Shown here piece after piece: positions 27,439 to 38,153 of a stretch of 64,000 bases of DNA. Where the stretch lies: NCBI GenBank assembly GCA_964511305.1, contig CAZEEU010000003.1, positions 13,410 to 77,409 on the forward strand. The letters run 5' to 3'. Numbering within the stretch: position 1 is the first letter of the stretch; each line of letters starts with the position of its first letter. The notes beneath the pieces were generated by a model, which did not search any database, had not been told where the DNA came from, and was given only the letters and a program-made list of their open reading frames with translations. The DNA comes from an uncultured Gammaproteobacteria bacterium (GTDB lineage: Bacteria; Patescibacteriota; Microgenomatia; Levybacterales; GWA1-39-11). The position numbers and the translations under genes were made by a program.

Positions 27439-30400
27439 TTACTCTGAAGTATTTCCAGCCTCAGGGTCTTCTTTGATAGCCTCGACTGCTTCTTCAACAG
27501 CGGCCTCATCAGATGGAGCAGTATCCTCAGCAGATACTTCTGTTGGTATGTCTTCTTTTTCATCTTCTTCTACTATTGCTTCGTCAACAACTTTTTCAGC
27601 CTTTGTATCCTCCTCAGCTTTTGATTCAGCTTCAATTACAGGTTTTTCTTCAGCGGCGATTTCTTCTGTCACAACCTCCTCAACCGGCTGATCAGCTTCG
27701 ACAGGAGCAATATAGTTATCCATTAAATGTTCTCGTACTGGAATTAGTCTTCCAACGATAACATTTTCTTTAAGGCCGATAAGATTATCAACTTTACCCT
27801 CAAGTGAAGCATCTGTTAGCACCTGAGTTGTTTCTTGGAATGAAGCTGCTGACAACCATGAGTCAGTAACAAGTGCTGACTTAGTAACTCCAAGCATTGT
27901 TTCTCTTGCTGTTGCTGGTTCTCCACCCTCTGCAATACCTGCTGCATTCTCATCTTCAAATCTAAGCTTTGAGATAAGATCTCCAGGTAGAAGAGAAGTG
28001 TCTCCTGCTGTTTCGATCATTACCTTATCTGACATCTTTCTAACAATAGTCTCAAAGTGCTTGTAGTGAATTGAAATACCTTGGGACTCATACACATATT
28101 GGATCTGGTTGATAAGATACTGTTGTGCTTTTTCAAGTCCGCCAACTTTAAGAACGTCTTTTGGATCCAAATGTCCTTCACAAAGCTGTGTTCCGGCTAC
28201 GACTTGCTCTCCGTCTTCAATAAGTAGACTTGATGCAAGAGGAACAAAGTATTCTCTTTCCTCAACAGGCTTTACCTTAGTATTCTTAACTTTAACGATG
28301 TATCCGTCTTCAACTTTTTCAACACTTGCCTTACCTGTGATTTCAGCAACTGGTGCCAAATTCTTTGGACGTCTTACCTCAAATAGTTCTTCCACACGAG
28401 GTAGACCTTGTGTAACGTCGCTCATAACAACTCCTCCAAAGTGCTTAACACGCATAGTAAGCTGTGTTCCAGGCTCTCCGATAGATTGGGCGGCAATAAC
28501 TCCAACAGGTGTTCCAAGATCAGCTCTCTTGTATGAAGAAAGGTCCCATCCGTAACATGCTGCACACATTCCGTATTTAAGTCTGCAATACATAGGTGTT
28601 CTGATATCTGCTGAGAGAACTGAATCATCCTTAAGGATCTCGTTCAATTTCTCGTGATCAATATCTTCACCCTTCTTTACATAAACTTTCTTAGTTTTCT
28701 TTGAAACAATATCTTTAAGTGCAACTCTTCCCAAAAGCATATTTACAATTGGAGTTACATTCTCACGATTTTCCAAAGGAATATGGTATCCCATTGTAGT
28801 TCCGCAGTCTGCCTCGCGGATAATAACATCATGTGTAACGTCAACGAGACGTCGTGTTAGATATCCTGCATCTGCTGTCTTAAGAGCAGAGTCAGTAAGA
28901 CCCTTTCTAGATCCTCTAGCTGAATTTACGTATTCAAAGATTGAAAGACCTTCTCTAAAGTTAGACTTAATCGGAAGCTCAACGATACGTCCTAGTGGAT
29001 CGTAAATAAGACCTCTCATAGCAGCAAGCTGCTTGATCTGATCTTTTCCTGCACGTGCTCCTCCTGAATCAGCAATTATTCTAACAATGTCATTCTTTGC
29101 AAAAAGATCCCATGTAAGATTTGCCATCTTTTCAGTTACTTCAAGCCATACGTGATTCATAAGTCTCTTCTGCTCAGTAAGAGTGATAAGACCCTGTTGA
29201 TACTCGTTTTCGATATTCTGAATTTGTTTTTCAGCTGCATCGATAAGCGTATTTTTGTTATCAAGCATTTTCAAATCAAATGTTGATACTGAAATTCCTG
29301 AAATTGTTGCTGCATAGAATCCAATTTCCTTAATTTTGTCGATAAGATTTGCAACTTCAACTTCTGAAGTATCAACCATTGCCTTTGTGATGATTTCTCT
29401 GATTGTTGAAGCCTTGATTTCTTCATTTACAAATCGCATCTTAAGAGGTAGAGCCTCATTGAACATAATTCGTCCCAAAGTTGTCTCAAGAATCTTTCCG
29501 TCAAATCTGATTATGATAGGTTCTCTAAGCGTTATCATTTTTAGAGAAAGAGCAAGATATGCTTCAGATGGCTCTGAGAACATAGGAAGAGTCTCTTTTC
29601 TCTTTGATTCATCAATACTTGTAAGGTAGAAAGTTCCGAGTGCCATTTCTTTGTTAGGAAGAGTTATAGGATTACCATCAGCAGGCTTTAAGAGATTTGA
29701 TGCTGGCATCATGAGTTGGATTGCCTCATCCTGAGCTCTTTGTGAAAGAGGTACATGAATAGCCATTTGATCTCCGTCAAAGTCAGCATTGTAACCTGCG
29801 CAAACACAAGGATGGATCTTAATAGCGCTTCCTTCAACAAGTACAGGATAAAAAGCCTGAATACCTAGTTTGTGAAGGGTGGGAGCACGATTCAACAACA
29901 CAGGGTGATTTCTTGTGATTTCTTCCAAGATATCAAATACTTCTGGCGGTCTCTTTTCGATATATCTCTTTGCAGCCTTTGCATTTGGAGTTGTAAGCCC
30001 TCTTGCAATGACTTCACGGATAACAAAAGGCTTAAATAGCTCAAGTGCCATTTCTTTTGGTAGTCCACATTGATTTAGTGAAAGCTCTGGACCAACGATA
30101 ATTACAGAACGTCCAGAATAATCAACACGCTTTCCAAGAAGATTCTTTCTAAATCTTCCCTGCTTTCCACGGAGCACGTCAGAAAGGGACTTAAATTGTC
30201 TTTGAGTCGACGAAGCCCTTATTGATGTGTCGATAAGGTAATCAACTGATTCTTGAAGCATTCTCTTTTCATTTCTTAAGATAATTTCAGGTGCTCCAAG
30301 AGAGATAAGATGGTTAAGTCTGTTATTTCTATTAATTACTCTTCTATAAAGATCATTAAGATCAGATGTAGCAAATCTTCCTCCATTAAGTTGAACCATT

Positions 30401-31473
30401 GGACGAAGGTCTGGTGGCAGTACTGGAAGAACTCTAAGAACCATTGACGAGAGGTCAAATCCTGCTTCATTGATAGCTTCGATAAGGTGCAGGCGCTTTA
30501 GAAGCTTCAATTGCTTTTGACCTGAAGACTTTCCTTCTTCTTCACGGAGTTCTCCAATGATCTTTGGAATATCCATTTGCTCGATAGCATGAAGAATTGC
30601 GCTGGCTCCTGTCTCTACCTCAAAGAAGATGATTACATCATATTCAAGAAGTCTTACATATTCTTCTTCAGAAAGAACATTCCAAGTCTTAAGACCTTTT
30701 ACTATATCTCCGATTCTGTCAAAAATTTCTTCAATTCGACTTCCTTCATTTTCAAGTCTCTTATCAAGAGCTGCATTTTTCTGCTTATAATTTACTCTTT
30801 GCTCTTCAAGAACTAATTCTTTTCGCTCTTTCTTAAGAGTAGTCTCTGTATCTTTGTGCTTTTCTTTTTCTTCTGCTGCTAGTCTAGCTTTTTCGTCTTC
30901 AATAGTCTTTTTAAGATCATCAAGTCTCATCTGCTTTGCTTCTTCAAGCTTAGACTGAGCCTCTTTTCTCTTTTCTTCATCAATTGTTGTGACTAAGTAA
31001 CTTGCGTAATAAATAATTGATTCAAGCTCTTTTTGAGATGTTCCTAGAAGAGTTGAAAGCTTTGAAGGTGATCCCTTCGAGAACCATACATGAATTACAG
31101 GTGCTGCAAGGGTTATGTGACCCATTCTTTCACGTCTTACACGTGAATATGTAACTTCAACTCCACATCTATCACAGACAATTCCCTTATAGCGAATTCT
31201 CTTGTATTTTCCGCAGTAACACTCAAAATCACGCGTAGGGCCAAATATTCTTTCGTCAAAAAGACCGTCTTTTTCAGCCCTGAAGGTTCTGTAGTTGATT
31301 GTTTCAGGCTTAGTAACTTCTCCATATGACCAATTCTTTATATCGTCTGGAGATGCAACAGTAATTCTAAGACCCTCAAAGTCTGAGATATTAATTACAT
31401 CGTTTTTTCGATGTGTTACTTTTGGAGTGTAAGCTCCGTCTCTATATTGTTGGTTTCCGTCTTGTGGTTCCAT
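27439..31473 (-). CDS. rpoC: DNA-directed RNA polymerase subunit beta' with a lineage-specific insertion and a ~90-aa acidic C-terminal tail
   Basis: Zn-binding CxxC motifs, NADFDGD catalytic loop, 1344 aa. Confidence 0.97.
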   Translation of the reverse strand: MEPQDGNQQYRDGAYTPKVTHRKNDVINISDFEGLRITVASPDDIKNWSYGEVTKPETINYRTFRAEKDGLFDERIFGPTRDFECYCGKYKRIRYKGIVCDRCGVEVTYSRVRRERMGHITLAAPVIHVWFSKGSPSKLSTLLGTSQKELESIIYYASYLVTTIDEEKRKEAQSKLEEAKQMRLDDLKKTIEDEKARLAAEEKEKHKDTETTLKKERKELVLEEQRVNYKQKNAALDKRLENEGSRIEEIFDRIGDIVKGLKTWNVLSEEEYVRLLEYDVIIFFEVETGASAILHAIEQMDIPKIIGELREEEGKSSGQKQLKLLKRLHLIEAINEAGFDLSSMVLRVLPVLPPDLRPMVQLNGGRFATSDLNDLYRRVINRNNRLNHLISLGAPEIILRNEKRMLQESVDYLIDTSIRASSTQRQFKSLSDVLRGKQGRFRKNLLGKRVDYSGRSVIIVGPELSLNQCGLPKEMALELFKPFVIREVIARGLTTPNAKAAKRYIEKRPPEVFDILEEITRNHPVLLNRAPTLHKLGIQAFYPVLVEGSAIKIHPCVCAGYNADFDGDQMAIHVPLSQRAQDEAIQLMMPASNLLKPADGNPITLPNKEMALGTFYLTSIDESKRKETLPMFSEPSEAYLALSLKMITLREPIIIRFDGKILETTLGRIMFNEALPLKMRFVNEEIKASTIREIITKAMVDTSEVEVANLIDKIKEIGFYAATISGISVSTFDLKMLDNKNTLIDAAEKQIQNIENEYQQGLITLTEQKRLMNHVWLEVTEKMANLTWDLFAKNDIVRIIADSGGARAGKDQIKQLAAMRGLIYDPLGRIVELPIKSNFREGLSIFEYVNSARGSRKGLTDSALKTADAGYLTRRLVDVTHDVIIREADCGTTMGYHIPLENRENVTPIVNMLLGRVALKDIVSKKTKKVYVKKGEDIDHEKLNEILKDDSVLSADIRTPMYCRLKYGMCAACYGWDLSSYKRADLGTPVGVIAAQSIGEPGTQLTMRVKHFGGVVMSDVTQGLPRVEELFEVRRPKNLAPVAEITGKASVEKVEDGYIVKVKNTKVKPVEEREYFVPLASSLLIEDGEQVVAGTQLCEGHLDPKDVLKVGGLEKAQQYLINQIQYVYESQGISIHYKHFETIVRKMSDKVMIETAGDTSLLPGDLISKLRFEDENAAGIAEGGEPATARETMLGVTKSALVTDSWLSAASFQETTQVLTDASLEGKVDNLIGLKENVIVGRLIPVREHLMDNYIAPVEADQPVEEVVTEEIAAEEKPVIEAESKAEEDTKAEKVVDEAIVEEDEKEDIPTEVSAEDTAPSDEAAVEEAVEAIKEDPEAGNTSE

Positions 31474-31480
31474 AGTTAAT

Positions 31481-34400
31481 TTAGTTCTCCTCTCCTTCCG
31501 TTGGTGCAGTAAGATCTTCTGCTGTAGGCTCCGTTTGTTCTACAGATTCTACAATAAGTTCTGCTTCAGGTGTTAGAACATCATCTGTTTCAGTTGTTTC
31601 AACGTCTTGACTCTCAAGCACTTCCTTTAATTCTTCTGCTTCTTTCTTAACTTCCTCACTTGCTTCAATTTCCTCTTCATCCTGCACTACAACTGCTGCT
31701 GTAGGTTGAATATTCATACCCAAAGATTGAAGCTCACGGATAAGAACCTTGAATGATTCAGGAACTTTAGGCGTTGGAATGTCTACTCCTTTGATGATTG
31801 CCTCAAATGCTTTCGCACGACCAGCGACATCGTCAGATTTGATTGTCAACATTTCCTGAAGTGTGTAAGCTGCCCGATGTGATTCAAGAGCCCAAACTTC
31901 CATCTCTCCAAGTCTCTGTCCTCCCATTTGAGCCTTTCCTCCGAGAGGCTGTTGGGTAACAAGAGAATATGGACCTGTTGATCTAGCATGAGTCTTATCC
32001 TCAACCATGTGAATAAGCTTCATGATGTATCCGATTCCTACAACTACATTATTCTCATATGCATCTCCAGTTCTTGCATCATACATCTTTACTTTTGCGT
32101 CTTTTGGAATTCCAGCTTCTTTCATGAGAGCAAAAAGCCTTTCTTCTTCTGTCTTTTCAAATACTGGAACTGCTATTTTATCACCTAATCTCTTTGCTGC
32201 CCACCCTGCATGTGCTTCAAGCAATTGTCCTAGGTTCATACGGCCAAGCACTGAGATAGGTGAGATCATAATGTCCACAGGTGTTCCATCCTCAAGATAA
32301 GGCATATCTGACTGTGGAACGATCTTTGAGATAACGCCCTTATTTCCATGACGTCCAGCGAGCTTATCTCCAACAACAACGTGTCTAAGCTGTGCTACTT
32401 CAATAAGAAGCTTTCTGATAGTGCCTGGTTCTAATTCATCACCTTTATCGCGATCAAGGACCTGAACGCTTGTGACAATTCCGTGTTCTCCGTGTGGCAT
32501 TCTCAAAGATGTATCTCTTACTTCTCGTGCCTTTTCTCCAAAAATAGCTCTTAACAGTCTTTCTTCTGCTGTAAGTTCTGTTTCTCCTTTTGGAGCAATT
32601 TTACCAACTAAGATATCTCCTGGATTAACTTCAGAACCGACAACTACAATTCCTTCTTCATCAAGATTTGCAAGATCTTCTTCAGCTACATTTGGTATAT
32701 CTCTTGTTGTTTCTTCCGGCCCAAGTTTGGTATCAACAACAGTTGCTTCGTATTTTTCGATATGAACAGAGCTCAATTCGTCGTCTTTAACAAGTCTGTC
32801 AGAAATAACGATAGCGTCCTCATATCCAAGTCCATCATATGAAGCGTATGCGATAAGAAGATTTTTACCAAGTGCTAGTTCTCCATTGTCTGTTGCAGGT
32901 CCATCAACAAGAACATCACCCTTTTTAACTTTTTGTCCTGTAAATACAACTGGCTTTTCTGAGAAGTAAGTATTTTGTGCTGTTCTTTTGAACTTTTCTA
33001 TTTTAAATTCAACTTTTCCATCTTTACCGGTAAGTTCTACTTTATTTGCATCAACAAAACTTATTTCTCCATCAAATGGAGCTTTTACAACTCTTCCCAA
33101 TGCTTCAGCAACAGTTGCTTCCATACCGGTTCCAACAACTGGAGACTCTGTTTTTATCAAAGGTACAGCTTGACATTGCATGTGGGTTCCCATAAGTGCA
33201 CGATTTGCTTCGTCGTGGTCAACAAAAGGAATAAGAGATGCTGAAGTTCCAACTACCTGACGTGGAATAACGTCAATATATTGGATTTTTGATCTTTCTA
33301 CTTCAAGATATTCTCCACGGTGACGTGCAGGAACTAATTCGTCAACTATATATCCATCATCATCTACAGCAATATCTGCATGGGTAATGAATTTGTCTGC
33401 TTCAACGTCAGCATCAAGATATACAATTTCGCTCGTAACCTTTGTGACAAGCTTGCTTCCTTTTTTCTCTTGAACTACTACCCTATAAGGGGCTTCTAGA
33501 AATCCGAATTCATTTACTTGCGCATAAAGTGCAAGATACGTAACAAGTCCGATATTTGGACCCTCAGGGCTTCTTACAGGACAAATCTTTGAATATTGAG
33601 ATGCATTAATGTCACGAATCGAGAATGATGCTCTTTCTCTTGAAATACCACCGGTACCCATAACGGTAAGACGTCTTAGATTGTCGATTTCTGCAAGTGG
33701 ATTTGTCTGGTCAAGGATGGCTGAAAGCTGAGAGGTTCTGAAGAATTCATTGATAGCTGCAATTATTGGATGTGCGTTTATAAAGTGTGATGGAGAATAA
33801 ATTTCATCAGTTGAAGTCAAAGACATCTTTTCCTTGATGATTCTTTCAAGTCTTAGGGCACCGACTCTAAAAGCAGTTGTTTGCACTAATTCACCAACGC
33901 TCCTAACGCGTCTGTTTGCCAAATGATCAATATCATCAACTTTACCCTTACCCTGAGATAGACCAATTAGATATTTCATAATGCCGATGATGTCCTCAAC
34001 AGCAAGAGTTACAACTTCTGGCTCAACATCTTTATTAAGTCCGTCTAGCTTCTTATTTATCTTGTATCTTCCGACTCTTGAAAGGTCATATCTTCTTCGA
34101 TCGAAGAATGTATCTCTGAAATTTTGTCTTATTGTGTCAATAACAACTGGTTCTCCAGGATTTAGCTTCTTAAAGATTTCAATAAGCGCATCAGTAGATC
34201 CTTTTGCCTCATCTTTTTCAAGAGTATTCTTAAGAATAATATCAGCACCCTCGGTGTCTGCAAATTTCTCATAAATCTCTTCGTTTGTTTCGATACCTAA
34301 GGATTTAAGAAAAACTGTTGCGAGGAATTTCTTTCTTCTATCAATTCTTACAACAATCATGTCTGTTCTGGTTGTTGAGATTTCAAGCCATGAACCATGA

Positions 34401-34945
34401 ACAGGTCTTAGTTCTGCAGTGTAAAGAGTTTTCCCTGTAATCGGATCTTCTGCTCCAGTGAAAAATACACCTGGGCTTCTTACAATCTGATTTACGATGA
34501 CTCTCTCAATACCGTTTACGATAAATGTTGCTCTTTCAGTCATCTTTGGTACTTCACCAAGAAAAACTTCTTGAGTTACTTTCTTTCCGGTCTTTTTATT
34601 GAGGAGGGTTGCTTCTACTGTTAATGGAGAGAAGAACGTGAGACCTTTTCTCATTGCCAATTCTTCTGTGATTTTAGGTTCGCCGAGCTTATATTCTGAA
34701 AGACTTAGTTCCCAGTTCTTGCCTGTAAAGTCTTCTATTGGGGAAATTTCATTAATAACTTCTTCTACTCCTTCGCGGATGAACCACTTGTAAGATGCCT
34801 TTTGAATCCCCAAAAGATCCATTTCTGGGAGCTTTGCTACCTGCTTGCCCCAATATTGTCTTAGTTTTTGTTGTTTGATCATCGGAAATAAAATTGAAGT
34901 TGGTTCCAACTCACGAAAAAAAACGATGAGTGCATAAACACCCAT
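31481..34945 (-). CDS. rpoB: DNA-directed RNA polymerase subunit beta with an acidic C-terminal tail; the likely true start is the Met at 34882 (MIKQQKLRQYWGK...)
   Basis: Canonical beta-subunit conserved regions; the 21 residues upstream of MIKQQ are hydrophobic and unlike RpoB. Confidence 0.97.
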   Translation of the reverse strand: MGVYALIVFFRELEPTSILFPMIKQQKLRQYWGKQVAKLPEMDLLGIQKASYKWFIREGVEEVINEISPIEDFTGKNWELSLSEYKLGEPKITEELAMRKGLTFFSPLTVEATLLNKKTGKKVTQEVFLGEVPKMTERATFIVNGIERVIVNQIVRSPGVFFTGAEDPITGKTLYTAELRPVHGSWLEISTTRTDMIVVRIDRRKKFLATVFLKSLGIETNEEIYEKFADTEGADIILKNTLEKDEAKGSTDALIEIFKKLNPGEPVVIDTIRQNFRDTFFDRRRYDLSRVGRYKINKKLDGLNKDVEPEVVTLAVEDIIGIMKYLIGLSQGKGKVDDIDHLANRRVRSVGELVQTTAFRVGALRLERIIKEKMSLTSTDEIYSPSHFINAHPIIAAINEFFRTSQLSAILDQTNPLAEIDNLRRLTVMGTGGISRERASFSIRDINASQYSKICPVRSPEGPNIGLVTYLALYAQVNEFGFLEAPYRVVVQEKKGSKLVTKVTSEIVYLDADVEADKFITHADIAVDDDGYIVDELVPARHRGEYLEVERSKIQYIDVIPRQVVGTSASLIPFVDHDEANRALMGTHMQCQAVPLIKTESPVVGTGMEATVAEALGRVVKAPFDGEISFVDANKVELTGKDGKVEFKIEKFKRTAQNTYFSEKPVVFTGQKVKKGDVLVDGPATDNGELALGKNLLIAYASYDGLGYEDAIVISDRLVKDDELSSVHIEKYEATVVDTKLGPEETTRDIPNVAEEDLANLDEEGIVVVGSEVNPGDILVGKIAPKGETELTAEERLLRAIFGEKAREVRDTSLRMPHGEHGIVTSVQVLDRDKGDELEPGTIRKLLIEVAQLRHVVVGDKLAGRHGNKGVISKIVPQSDMPYLEDGTPVDIMISPISVLGRMNLGQLLEAHAGWAAKRLGDKIAVPVFEKTEEERLFALMKEAGIPKDAKVKMYDARTGDAYENNVVVGIGYIMKLIHMVEDKTHARSTGPYSLVTQQPLGGKAQMGGQRLGEMEVWALESHRAAYTLQEMLTIKSDDVAGRAKAFEAIIKGVDIPTPKVPESFKVLIRELQSLGMNIQPTAAVVVQDEEEIEASEEVKKEAEELKEVLESQDVETTETDDVLTPEAELIVESVEQTEPTAEDLTAPTEGEEN

Positions 34946-35021
34946 CTTTTTTTACATGTTGTTTACATATACAGGAAAAAAAATGCGTTGTCAATACCTT
35001 TCTTGCGCTCTAGCCTCAAGA

Positions 35022-35972
35022 TTAGTTCAGATATTTCTCTATATTTTGATTATGCTCTGAAAGTGTTTTGGAAAAATGCACGTTACCTTTAGTGTCATGG
35101 ATGTAATAATAGTAGCCACTTGAAGCAGGCTCTTTTGCTGCTTTTATAGCTTCTATCCCTGGATTCGCTATTGCTCCAGGAGGCGTACCAGCGTTCTTAT
35201 ATGTATTGTATGGCGAATCAATCTGCCGGTCGATCCCCATTGGCACTGACCACCACTTGCCTGTAGCATTTTTTCCTTTGGCATATTGAAGCGTTGCATC
35301 AATATCAAGAGCCATCCCATCATTGAGCCTATTATATATAACAGATGCTATGAGAGGCTTTTCATCGTCCCGTAGGGCTTCACGCTCAATAAGCGACGCC
35401 AGGATTACTATCTCATCAAGCTTTGGGTCTTCAGGGGACAGTCCAATCTCTTCAATCTTTTTTGTAAAATTACCCTTTAATATAGAAACAACAGATGCTG
35501 CGTCTGCATCTTTAGGAATTAAGTATGTATCAGGAAATAGATATCCCTCCTCTGCTTTAAGAGTAGCAACCCAACTTGGTTCGTACGTAGGAATTTCATG
35601 CTGTAGAATTTCGGCTATTTCCTCGGATCTTAATCCCTCCGGAATTGTCACCCAGGTATCAACAGTTCCGTGCATTATTGTATCCATAATCTTAGGCAAA
35701 TCCATTGAAGGAGACAATTTGTATGATCCAGCCTGGATGGCTTGGTCCATTTTGTTCTGCTTTATATATATGAAAAATACTACTGGATCTTTAATTAACC
35801 CTTGAGTCTTCAACTCATTACCAACTGTTCTTACAGCAGCTCCTTTTGGAATTACAAATACTTTACTTGATATGTCTTTTGAGTTGACAGCCGCAAGGCC
35901 ATTTCGCCACCACAATGAAAATATACCGAAAATAATAATGCCAATTATCGCAACTGTAAGAATCTTACGCAT
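35022..35972 (-). CDS. mltG: endolytic murein transglycosylase MltG (YceG-like)
   Basis: N-terminal TM, YceG-like domain, conserved C-terminal NTYKNAGTPPGAIANPG. Confidence 0.85.
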   Translation of the reverse strand: MRKILTVAIIGIIIFGIFSLWWRNGLAAVNSKDISSKVFVIPKGAAVRTVGNELKTQGLIKDPVVFFIYIKQNKMDQAIQAGSYKLSPSMDLPKIMDTIMHGTVDTWVTIPEGLRSEEIAEILQHEIPTYEPSWVATLKAEEGYLFPDTYLIPKDADAASVVSILKGNFTKKIEEIGLSPEDPKLDEIVILASLIEREALRDDEKPLIASVIYNRLNDGMALDIDATLQYAKGKNATGKWWSVPMGIDRQIDSPYNTYKNAGTPPGAIANPGIEAIKAAKEPASSGYYYYIHDTKGNVHFSKTLSEHNQNIEKYLN

Positions 35973-36005
35973 AAATCTTTTCTATTTTAACACACCCTCC
36001 TACGA

Positions 36006-36635
36006 CTACTTTGAGGTCGAGAAAGCAACTTTCAAACCAAGAAAGATTAGGGCAATTCCAATAAATCTCTCAGCTATATGCTGAACTTTCTGAATTCTAT
36101 TTTTTAATACGTGATGTGAAAAAATGAACGCTATGAACATGAACCATAAAGCAGTAACGATAGACATCTCAGCACTCATGATCAACTTAACAAACAAGGG
36201 CGTACCCGGAGTTATTACAAGCGTAAATAGGCTTAAAAAAAATAAAGTCGCTTTTGGGTTAAGAACATTTGTCAAAAATCCAATACGAAGCGCTTTTTGC
36301 GGAGTGATATCGGGTCGTACTTCAAACGCCTTATCACGGGCACTATTTGATTTTGCAGTTAGTGATTTGTATCCAATGTAAATGAGATACACAGCTCCAA
36401 GATATTTAATAACAGTAAATAACACAATAGATTGGGAAATAATAAGCCCAATTCCAACCAGTGAATAGGTAATATGAACTAAAATTCCCAAACCCAATCC
36501 AAGTGCCGAATACATTCCCGTCTTTCTGGAATACACAAGGCTATTTCTTGTAATCATCATAAAATCAGGACCAGGGCTAATTACTGCGAGAAGATGAACA
36601 ACAGCAACTGTTGCAATAATTGATAGATACTCCAT
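36006..36635 (-). CDS. LysE/RhtB-family amino-acid exporter
   Basis: Six TM segments; N-terminal AVISPGPDF motif typical of LysE translocators. Confidence 0.7.
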   Translation of the reverse strand: MEYLSIIATVAVVHLLAVISPGPDFMMITRNSLVYSRKTGMYSALGLGLGILVHITYSLVGIGLIISQSIVLFTVIKYLGAVYLIYIGYKSLTAKSNSARDKAFEVRPDITPQKALRIGFLTNVLNPKATLFFLSLFTLVITPGTPLFVKLIMSAEMSIVTALWFMFIAFIFSHHVLKNRIQKVQHIAERFIGIALIFLGLKVAFSTSK

Positions 36636-36665
36636 TAATTAATTTTAGCACAAAGAACTACTAGT

Positions 36666-37937
36666 CTATTCTATTTCGTAGATTGGGAAGTTACGGAATG
36701 AGTCAACTGCCTCCTGTAAATGTCGCTCCGTCTGAGCATACATATCAAATATATTTTCGTTATTCTTTACCTCATCATCAACTCTTTTTTTCAAAAATAA
36801 TCCTGATCTTGCATCCTGCGGAGCTCCTAGTATCTTTGCTATAAGTGAAACATTTCGATTATTTACTCTTTTTATAGTTCCTGATTTGTCGGACCTCACT
36901 TCATGAGTCTTTGGACCTGCATGAAGCTTGGAAGAAATAATAGTGGGATCTCCTTTTTGAGCCTCAATTATATCCATCATTTTCTTATGAGCCTCCCCAC
37001 TTACCAATATGCTTTCAGCCCATTTTTCAGTAGTGTCATATTTTTTTGCCTCTTCCTTGATCTTTTCATCAGCACTATCAAGACATAATGTTAAAAGTTC
37101 ACCAGCAAGCTTAAGAGACTTCTTCTCCAAAGCCATTGGTCTAGTAGGATCTTGCTCAAGAACTTTTAGAGCATCGGCAGCTTCCAAAAGTGGCCCTATG
37201 CCATTTCCTGCAGGCTCATATGCATGGGACAGAATTGCCTCAAGCTTTATGTTGAATTTTTTGGCAATATATTTGAATTTCCTGGCTAAATTCTCCCCAT
37301 CTTCTTTGTGGTGCACTTTCATTGTCCGACCATATGGGATATCTATAACGACATGATTTGAACCAAATGCAATCTTCTTTGCCATAACAGACACTAAAAT
37401 CTTGTCAAAACTTTCAAGGGCCAAAGGCTCCTCCACATGGATTATCTGGTCATCCGCCGGTGCTATCTTAAAACTTCCACCCCACACAATACATGCGTTG
37501 GTCTTTTCAACAATTTTATATATCTCATCTTCTGTAAAAGTAACACTTGCAAGACACTCCATAGAATCAGCAGTACCTGCGGGAGTCGTAATAGCACGAG
37601 ACGAACTTTTAGGAATCAAAAAGCCTGCGCTTGCAATAATTGGCACAATTACCATAGTAGCCCTTGTCCCCGGAAGACCTCCAATAGAGTGCTTGTCAGC
37701 AACGACTCCCTTGAATTTAAGCTTATCCCCTGTCTCTATCATGGCTTTTGTGAGATAGTAAATTTCGTCGTAACTAAAACCTTTTGAATATCCAGAGGCA
37801 GCAAAATAAGTTGTCAAAACGTCACCTAGTCTTTCATTTGCAATCTCATCCATGATTGCAAAGATCTCTTTATAGTTGAGTGCTTTGCCGACTAATTTTT
37901 TTTGTATTGCTTTAAGGGCTTGCTCGTTAGGTACCAT
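36666..37937 (-). CDS. AMP phosphorylase / thymidine-phosphorylase-family enzyme (archaeal-type AMPpase, DeoA-like)
   Basis: Pyrimidine-nucleoside phosphorylase fold with DKHSIGGLPGTRATM (phosphate-binding loop) and a C-terminal PYNP domain. Confidence 0.8.
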   Translation of the reverse strand: MVPNEQALKAIQKKLVGKALNYKEIFAIMDEIANERLGDVLTTYFAASGYSKGFSYDEIYYLTKAMIETGDKLKFKGVVADKHSIGGLPGTRATMVIVPIIASAGFLIPKSSSRAITTPAGTADSMECLASVTFTEDEIYKIVEKTNACIVWGGSFKIAPADDQIIHVEEPLALESFDKILVSVMAKKIAFGSNHVVIDIPYGRTMKVHHKEDGENLARKFKYIAKKFNIKLEAILSHAYEPAGNGIGPLLEAADALKVLEQDPTRPMALEKKSLKLAGELLTLCLDSADEKIKEEAKKYDTTEKWAESILVSGEAHKKMMDIIEAQKGDPTIISSKLHAGPKTHEVRSDKSGTIKRVNNRNVSLIAKILGAPQDARSGLFLKKRVDDEVKNNENIFDMYAQTERHLQEAVDSFRNFPIYEIE

Positions 37938-38153
37938 ATTTTTCAGGGGTGGAATTGAGAAAGGGCTACTTTTAAAAATCCCTTTACAACTCTTAATAGA
38001 TGATACAGGAAAAATGAAAGAACTCTATTTACAGATGGCCAAATGTTATAAAAAAATCTATATATCCTATCTTTCCATACGGAGAGTATATAGGAGCGCT
38101 GAAGCTTTTGATCCTCTGCAGTTGGCGTGTAATTTTGGCTATTAGAATCCATA

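Noticed and set aside
27422-27761. Plus-strand ORFs of 89 and 82 aa with S/A/T-rich or L/Q-rich composition
   Set aside because: They are antisense shadows of the acidic tail of rpoC.
37943-38152. 69-aa minus-strand and 89-aa plus-strand ORFs between the sortase and AMP phosphorylase genes
   Set aside because: They mutually overlap, are AT-rich, and have no motifs. They are most likely non-coding intergenic DNA carrying the sortase-operon terminator and AMPpase promoter.
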